Source: Candidatus Margulisiibacteriota bacterium (GTDB lineage: Bacteria > Margulisbacteria > Marinamargulisbacteria > SXXA01 > SICP01). Taken from it: DNA of 57,878 nt. The DNA lies in contig SICP01000006.1 of the NCBI GenBank assembly GCA_009691415.1, positions 1 through 57,878 on the forward strand, written 5' to 3'. The position numbers and the translations under genes were made by a program. Below the pieces are notes generated by a model that did not search any database, was not told the origin of the DNA, and saw only the letters and a list, made by a program, of their open reading frames with translations. Below are positions 52,625-57,878 of this stretch, one piece after another (position 1 is the first letter of the stretch; each line of letters opens with the position of its first letter).

Positions 52625-53624
52625 TGAATTATTCGAAAAATTAGGCGCTATTAAAATAGGCGGATCTACATGCTTATTTACACGCGAAAAATGTGAAGCA
52701 CTAGTACCTCAAATCAACGAAATCAATCGCCTAAAAAAAGAAAAGAACGCCATTATTCTCGCCCATTCGTACGTAAGCCCAGAAATTTTGTATGGGGTTG
52801 CAGATTTCGTGGGTGATTCGTTCGAGCTCAGCAAAAAAGCGGTTGAAACAAACGCAGATGTGATCGTCTTTGCCGCTGTAAAATTTATGGCCGATACAGC
52901 AAAATTGTTAAATCCCACAAAAGAAGTTCTAGTTCCCAGTAAAAATAATGGCTGCAGTTTGGCCGATTCTATCACCGGTGCAGATGTGCGACGTCTCAGA
53001 ACCGAATTTCCAGACTATACATTTGTCTGTTACATCAATACAACAGCAGAGGTAAAAGCCGAGTGCGACGTCTGTGTCACATCTTCCAACGTCTATGACA
53101 TTTTAGAACGTATTCCCAATAATAAAATTTATTTTTTACCAGATAAACTAATGGCAAAAAATGCTATCGTAGAACTCAAAAAACGTGGCGCCCATAAAAC
53201 AATTAAATACTGGGAAGGCACCTGCTACGTACATGAAGATTACGACGCCGACATGATCAAATATTTGCGCTTATCCTACCCAGATTTAGACGTAGTAAGT
53301 CATCCAGAATGTAATGAAGAAGTACTCGCAGAATCAGATTACGTAGGCAGCACATCACAGATTATTAATCATGTAAAAGACTCCAAAAAAGACACGTTTT
53401 TTATTTTGACGGAATGTGGACTGACAAATCGGTTGAAGGCAGAAATTCCGGGAAAGACGTTTGTGGGATCCTGCACGATGTGCCGATACATGAAATCAAA
53501 TTCGCTTGCAGATATCAAACGGGTTTTGACAACGCCGGATGTTGAGGATCGGGTGGATATTTCGGAGGAAACAAGAGAGAAAGCATTGACGTGTTTGCGT
53601 GAGATGTTTCGGTATGTTGGATAA
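52614..53624 (+). CDS. nadA: Quinolinate synthase
   Basis: ILAH.Y, AD.VGDS..L, FMADTAK.LNP, GCSLA, YINT.AEVKA, CVTSSN, C.VH, HPEC, GSTS, C.YMK. Confidence 0.96.
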   Translation: MTADELFEKLGAIKIGGSTCLFTREKCEALVPQINEINRLKKEKNAIILAHSYVSPEILYGVADFVGDSFELSKKAVETNADVIVFAAVKFMADTAKLLNPTKEVLVPSKNNGCSLADSITGADVRRLRTEFPDYTFVCYINTTAEVKAECDVCVTSSNVYDILERIPNNKIYFLPDKLMAKNAIVELKKRGAHKTIKYWEGTCYVHEDYDADMIKYLRLSYPDLDVVSHPECNEEVLAESDYVGSTSQIINHVKDSKKDTFFILTECGLTNRLKAEIPGKTFVGSCTMCRYMKSNSLADIKRVLTTPDVEDRVDISEETREKALTCLREMFRYVG

Positions 53625-54078
53625 TTCTCTAACCCATCGAAAAGCTACACTACAAGATCTTCCCCATATCATTTTCTTACTCCAAGACGATAACTTAGGC
53701 CAAACTAGAGAATGGTTGTTTTCCGCCCTTGAATCTAGCTACACCCGGGCATTCAACCTCATCGCTAAAGATCCCAATCACTACCTCATGGTAGTTGAAA
53801 GGAATCAGGAAATTCTTGCCACCTGCCATCTCACTCTCTTGCCGTCTCTGACATTCAAAGGTGCAACAAGACTGCAAATAGAAGCTGTACGTGTGAATGC
53901 AAACTATCGAGGTCAAAAAATAGGCAACTGGATGATGAGCCAAGTCATGCAATATGCTAAAGAACTGGGTGTCTCCACTATTCAATTGACTACCAACAAA
54001 TCAAGACTCCAAGCTATGAAGTTTTACGAAAATCTCGGATTTAAGGCGTCACATGAAGGAATGAAGTTGTACCTTTGA
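53614..54078 (+). CDS. GNAT family N-acetyltransferase
   Basis: R.AT..DL..I..LL.DD.LG..RE, IEAVRV...RGQ.IG, QLTT.K.R..A..FYE.LGF..SHEGMKL; start ATG 53614. Confidence 0.9.
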   Translation: MLDNSLTHRKATLQDLPHIIFLLQDDNLGQTREWLFSALESSYTRAFNLIAKDPNHYLMVVERNQEILATCHLTLLPSLTFKGATRLQIEAVRVNANYRGQKIGNWMMSQVMQYAKELGVSTIQLTTNKSRLQAMKFYENLGFKASHEGMKLYL

Positions 54079-54141
54079 AATGATGGGGTTGGAGCTTAAG
54101 TCCAGGAGCATTTCTACGAAAAAACTTCTTTCCTATGATCG

Positions 54142-54255
54142 ACCCCACCCTAACCCCTCCCCATTCTGACAAATGGAGAGGGGCTTTTTTGATTTTGTTT
54201 TTACCCTCTCTGGGTGTTAGCACGGAGAGGGTCGCACCTTGGTGCGGGGTGAGGT
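54142..54255. repeat. REP-like inverted pair (ACCCCACCC..CCCCTCCCC-loop-GGAGAGGGG / CCCTCTC-loop-GGAGAGGG..GGGGTGAGGT)
   Basis: Two hairpins in inverted orientation between two GNAT genes. Confidence 0.75.
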
Positions 54256-54331
54256 GGGTTTTAGTGTATGCTTGCTTTTGGATTGTGCGTTAAATTAGTA
54301 GTGTCGGAATCTTGTTCTTTCGGAATATTAC

Positions 54332-54883
54332 ATGAACTCAAAACAAAATCTTAAAAGTATAGAAACCAATCGCCTTATCCTAAGACTTTGGACAGAGGCA
54401 GACTTGGTTCCCTTTTTTGAAATGAACCAAGATCCTAAGGTAATTGAATTTTTCCCGGGGGCGATGAGTCATGATCAGGTGGAACTATTTTTTAAAAAGG
54501 TGCTGTTGCAATTTGAAACAAATGGGTATGGATTCTGGGCGGTAGAATTGAAGCGGACGGGGGAATTTATTGGGTATACGGGATTGGCCCATGTCATGTT
54601 TGACGCGCCATTTACGCCTGCGGTGGAGATAGGGTGGCGGTTGGCGAGTGAGCATTGGGGACAGGGGTATGCTACCGAGGCGGCGTTGGCGGTGATGAAT
54701 TTTGTGGGGGAGTTTTTGTCTCTTTCTGAAATTGTGTCTTTTACGGTACCGCAAAATTTACGTAGTCAGAATGTGATGAAAAAGATTGGCATGGAGAGAG
54801 ATGTTTTAGGGGATTTTAATCATCCTCGTTTGGATGAAAATCATCCCCTTTCTCTGCACGTTTTGTATAGGAAAGGGATTTGA
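54332..54883 (+). CDS. GNAT (RimJ/RimL-type) acetyltransferase
   Basis: IET.RL.LR.W...D...F..MN.DP.V, GYG.WAVE...G.FIG..G, EIGWRL...WG.GYATEAA, N.RS..VM.KIGM. Confidence 0.92.
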   Translation: MNSKQNLKSIETNRLILRLWTEADLVPFFEMNQDPKVIEFFPGAMSHDQVELFFKKVLLQFETNGYGFWAVELKRTGEFIGYTGLAHVMFDAPFTPAVEIGWRLASEHWGQGYATEAALAVMNFVGEFLSLSEIVSFTVPQNLRSQNVMKKIGMERDVLGDFNHPRLDENHPLSLHVLYRKGI

Positions 54884-54932
54884 TATGTCGCCTATATATA
54901 AAAATAAAGCTTAAAACATAAAAATATCTTTC

Positions 54933-55862
54933 TTAAAATATTCCCATGACAGATAGAGGGGTCTGATCAAAAGTCGTTAAAGCCTGTATTCCAATTCCTC
55001 CATCTGGCGTAATCATAGGCTGTAGGAGAAAAGCTGGGGTCATGGCTTCTGGTTGTTTTTGCGGCTTTGTAGAAAAACTTTGATCTGCAATTTGATCTCC
55101 AATCGTTGTTCCAATCCATGCACCAGCCACCATATCAGACACCCAATGGTTGTGACCTTTAAAATCAGGGAGAAGTCCGACTGCACATATGCCGTACGGT
55201 ATAATCCAGTCGCCATAAAGCCTTTGTAAAACTTTTGCTACCGCAAAATAGGCAGTGAAATGAAAGGAAGGAAATGCCGTTCCTTTCGTTTCACTTTGTA
55301 TATAAATAGGGTGGTATTGTCCAAACTCCCACGGGTTGCGTGTAAATTCTTCAGGAGTGTTTCCTCCAGCACCCAAATTGGGATCTGGCCTACTTCGCGC
55401 GAACAACGTTTTGAGAATGATATGAGAGGAAAGATAGGAATAAGCGAAGGCCTTTGTCACACCAAATGCTGCGAGTTGAAGCTTAGAATCTTCTAAAAAA
55501 ACGCCCGTAACATAGCTTAGCCCAGCCCCTACGAAAAGAGCTCCATTTACACCTGCCACGCCGGGAGCAAGATCGAATGCTTGGGGATAATTTATCTTGC
55601 TGTCGAAAAGTGGATTAATATGTTCCTGAACAAATTGCGTTGTGGGTCGATCCACTGCTATGAGCGTTAACGTTGTGCCTGTAAACAACCAGGTTTCGTT
55701 TGGATGATTAATAGGATACGTCAAAATACCTAACAGTTCTTGCGGTGCCACTCTTATCTGATTTGCGGCTAACGATAAAGGATCATCATGCACTTTATCA
55801 TACGCATTCGTTATCCGAACGGTGAGTCCCAAACATATAAAAAAAACTACAATGAACCGCAT
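54933..55862 (-). CDS. PAP2 family phosphatase
   Basis: K..F.R.RP, FPSFH, H.HW.SD..AG; signal peptide. Confidence 0.8.
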   Translation of the reverse strand: MRFIVVFFICLGLTVRITNAYDKVHDDPLSLAANQIRVAPQELLGILTYPINHPNETWLFTGTTLTLIAVDRPTTQFVQEHINPLFDSKINYPQAFDLAPGVAGVNGALFVGAGLSYVTGVFLEDSKLQLAAFGVTKAFAYSYLSSHIILKTLFARSRPDPNLGAGGNTPEEFTRNPWEFGQYHPIYIQSETKGTAFPSFHFTAYFAVAKVLQRLYGDWIIPYGICAVGLLPDFKGHNHWVSDMVAGAWIGTTIGDQIADQSFSTKPQKQPEAMTPAFLLQPMITPDGGIGIQALTTFDQTPLSVMGIF

Positions 55863-55949
55863 CTTTTAAGTGTACTATTCTCGCTAAATTTATCAAAAAA
55901 ATATTTAGATTCAGTGTCTAATTCTTTCTAATATATAATCACCTCTACC

Positions 55950-56725
55950 ATGATGAAATGAGAAGAACCGCTCATTCGGACAAATACCAAAATTGACCCG
56001 TTTCATGATTTGTTTTACTGGTTAATCTTATTAATATGGCCAGCATTCGTTGGCATTTTGATGCTATTTTTTGTGATCTTAAATCTCATCTTTGGGGGCA
56101 TTTATTACCTGATTGGAGGTCTCGCTAATGTGGGCGCTGGGTTTGCAGATCACTTCTTTTTCTCAATCCATACATTGGCCACGGTTGGATATGGCCACGT
56201 CTTTCCACAAAGCGTACTTGCCAATACAGTAGCTGCTCTAGAAATCATTTTGGGATTATTTTTTGTCGTAACACAGTGATTCATAAACGAAATGGTGTCG
56301 AGTGTTTGGTGTTTCGTGTCGCCAATCAACGGGATCATCACATTGCAGAAGCCTGCTTGAATGTAGTCGTTTTAAAGAAAGATCCTACGCCCGAAGGAGA
56401 TAGTATGCGCAAGCTCCACACGCTTAATCTCGAACGCTCTCAAACACCGTTATTTGTTTTGAGTTGGATGGTGATCCATCAGATTACTCCCGACAGTCCT
56501 CTCTACGGACTCACTGCTCAGGACATGATCGATGGTGACATCAGAGTCCTACTTAGCTTAGCGGGACATGATTCTGTTCTAGGACAAACGATGCATGCAC
56601 GACACATTTATCAAGCAGACCAGATTAAGTTTGGATATCGTCTTAAAGATGTATTAAAAACAGTAGAAGGATCAATCTTGCACTTAGATTTTGATGTATT
56701 TCATGAAATAGAAGTTGTAAACTAG
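55950..56725 (+). pseudogene. Inward-rectifier K+ channel (KirBac-like), disrupted
   Basis: ATG ATG AAA TGA GAA..., HDLFYWL...WPAF, FFFS..TLATVGYG filter; frameshifting deletion after TM2 (~56274); cytoplasmic FRVANQR..H.I...SPL domain in another frame. Confidence 0.85.
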
Positions 56726-56775
56726 AAAATAACGTAGAACTCATCCACCCCAACCACGAAGACGAAGAACAGAAA

Positions 56776-57756
56776 ATGAAAAAAGTACTCTCAGGGCAAC
56801 AGACCTTAAATATTATTCGTGTGAAACCTATTTCGCCAATAATCCAACAGACCACTATCGCCGCATTAAATGCTTGGGCAGACAAAGCTTTGGCTCATGA
56901 GGGCGACCAAATTTCCAGCCTATTCGCACCTCATAGTACCTTTTCAGGAACCATGGCAGATCGTGTAACAGGTGATCTGAATGACATTAAGATCTACATG
57001 TCTTCTTTTTTAAAAGGATTAAAAGGCATCAGCTGGAACCTCATTAAATTAAACCCAATCGGTGAGAATTTTTGCTTGGCCACGGGATCATATACTTTCG
57101 AAAAACAATATGGCACGGGGCCTATCACTAAAACAACGGGGCATTTTAGTTTTATTGTTGATAAAGAGGGCAAGCTTCGGCATCACCATAGTGGGATAAA
57201 GTTGAATGAGGAAGCTGTAATCACATTGGATAAAATCACAGAGCATCCTCCCGTTTTGGTGGTCTCTGACCCGTTACATAAGGCAGAAGAAATTGTGTGT
57301 GGCGAAATGCAATGCGTTAGTCCAACAACAGTGGAGCAACGACATCTGGTTTTAACCGCTCTAAAGCGTTGGGAAAATATAGTCGGTGAAAATAAGTTTG
57401 AAGAAGCGGACTCGTTATTTAGTCCACTTAGCACGTTTTGTGGGATGAGAGCAGACAGGGTGATCAAGCTGAATGATGGGAGTAATTCCAAGCTTTTAGA
57501 ATTTTACTTAGAGCAATTTCTAACGCGAGCCAAACAAAACACTTTAACTTGGAAAGAGCTTTTGATTAATCCATTAGAAAATCATATGCAAAGCCCTATC
57601 GTTGCAACAGGCACATATCGTCTCACCACAGGTTCAGACACGCTGGAAGGTCACTTTACATTTATTTTAGAGGCTAAAACTGGAAAATATCTTCACTTTC
57701 ACAGCGGACTCAAGGCAGATAAAAGTACGGAAATTGTCTTACCTAGAAATGTATAG
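56776..57756 (+). CDS. Tandem NTF2/SnoaL-like (CaMKII-AD/COG4875-like) domain protein
   Basis: Two ~120-aa repeats: AL..W...SLF.P.STF.G..ADRV..Y...FL...ATG.Y..GHF.FI...GK..H(H/F)HSG. Confidence 0.7.
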   Translation: MKKVLSGQQTLNIIRVKPISPIIQQTTIAALNAWADKALAHEGDQISSLFAPHSTFSGTMADRVTGDLNDIKIYMSSFLKGLKGISWNLIKLNPIGENFCLATGSYTFEKQYGTGPITKTTGHFSFIVDKEGKLRHHHSGIKLNEEAVITLDKITEHPPVLVVSDPLHKAEEIVCGEMQCVSPTTVEQRHLVLTALKRWENIVGENKFEEADSLFSPLSTFCGMRADRVIKLNDGSNSKLLEFYLEQFLTRAKQNTLTWKELLINPLENHMQSPIVATGTYRLTTGSDTLEGHFTFILEAKTGKYLHFHSGLKADKSTEIVLPRNV

Positions 57757-57767
57757 GGCAAAAGACC

Positions 57768-57878
57768 TTATCTGGATTTCTCCGCCCTAATTCTCAACCG
57801 TTTATAATCTGCAAACCAACTTTCACTTCTAAACAAAACTGGGTTCATCTGATCCTCAATAAATAGCATCATTTCCTC
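57768..57878 (-). CDS. 3' end of a probable class I SAM-dependent methyltransferase (partial)
   Basis: Manual translation EEMMLFIEDQMNPVLFRSESWFADYKRLRIRAEKSR*; W.ADY.RLR is typical of Tam-like methyltransferase C-termini. Confidence 0.55.
   Translation of the reverse strand, partial: EEMMLFIEDQMNPVLFRSESWFADYKRLRIRAEKSR

Overview
A 57.9-kb, AT-rich bacterial chromosome segment made mostly of core genes: pyrR/hisB/ruvB, rpsF-ssb-ssb-rpsR-rplI-uvrC, hemA-hemC-cobA/hemD, aroA, accB-recJ-rel-rdgB, eno-divIC-S1-kinase-ribD-purC, nadC/udg/xerC, a two-component pair, hisD, groES/EL with a CIRCE element, ligA, amj, secG-bamA-skp-lpxD, thrS-infC-rpmI-rplT and nadA, plus four tRNAs. The mix of diderm envelope genes with Terrabacteria-type markers (CIRCE, Amj, PASTA kinase-like protein, DUF151) suggests a Margulisbacteria/Melainabacteria-like lineage; this is inference only. 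Short variable 'hotspots' interrupt the core at about 1.9-4.8, 14.3-15.7, 22.2-23.2, 35.8-36.6 and 53.6-57.9 kb. They hold decaying genes and several families of REP-like palindromes. The main observations are: (1) a 262-bp MITE with 19-bp TIRs and a 5-bp target duplication, inserted into one arm of a REP-like palindrome and itself carrying another REP pair; (2) a one-gene cassette bounded by a 69-bp duplication of the rpsF promoter; (3) tandem tailed and short-tailed SSB genes at the priB/ssb position; (4) a PknB-like PASTA pseudokinase lacking all catalytic motifs; (5) a GIY-YIG nuclease bracketed by CGTC-type inverted repeats next to tRNA-Tyr; (6) a tandem NTF2/iota-carbonic-anhydrase-like protein; (7) sharp local G/C strand-skew switches at hotspot junctions. 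No CRISPR array, prophage or intact transposase was seen.
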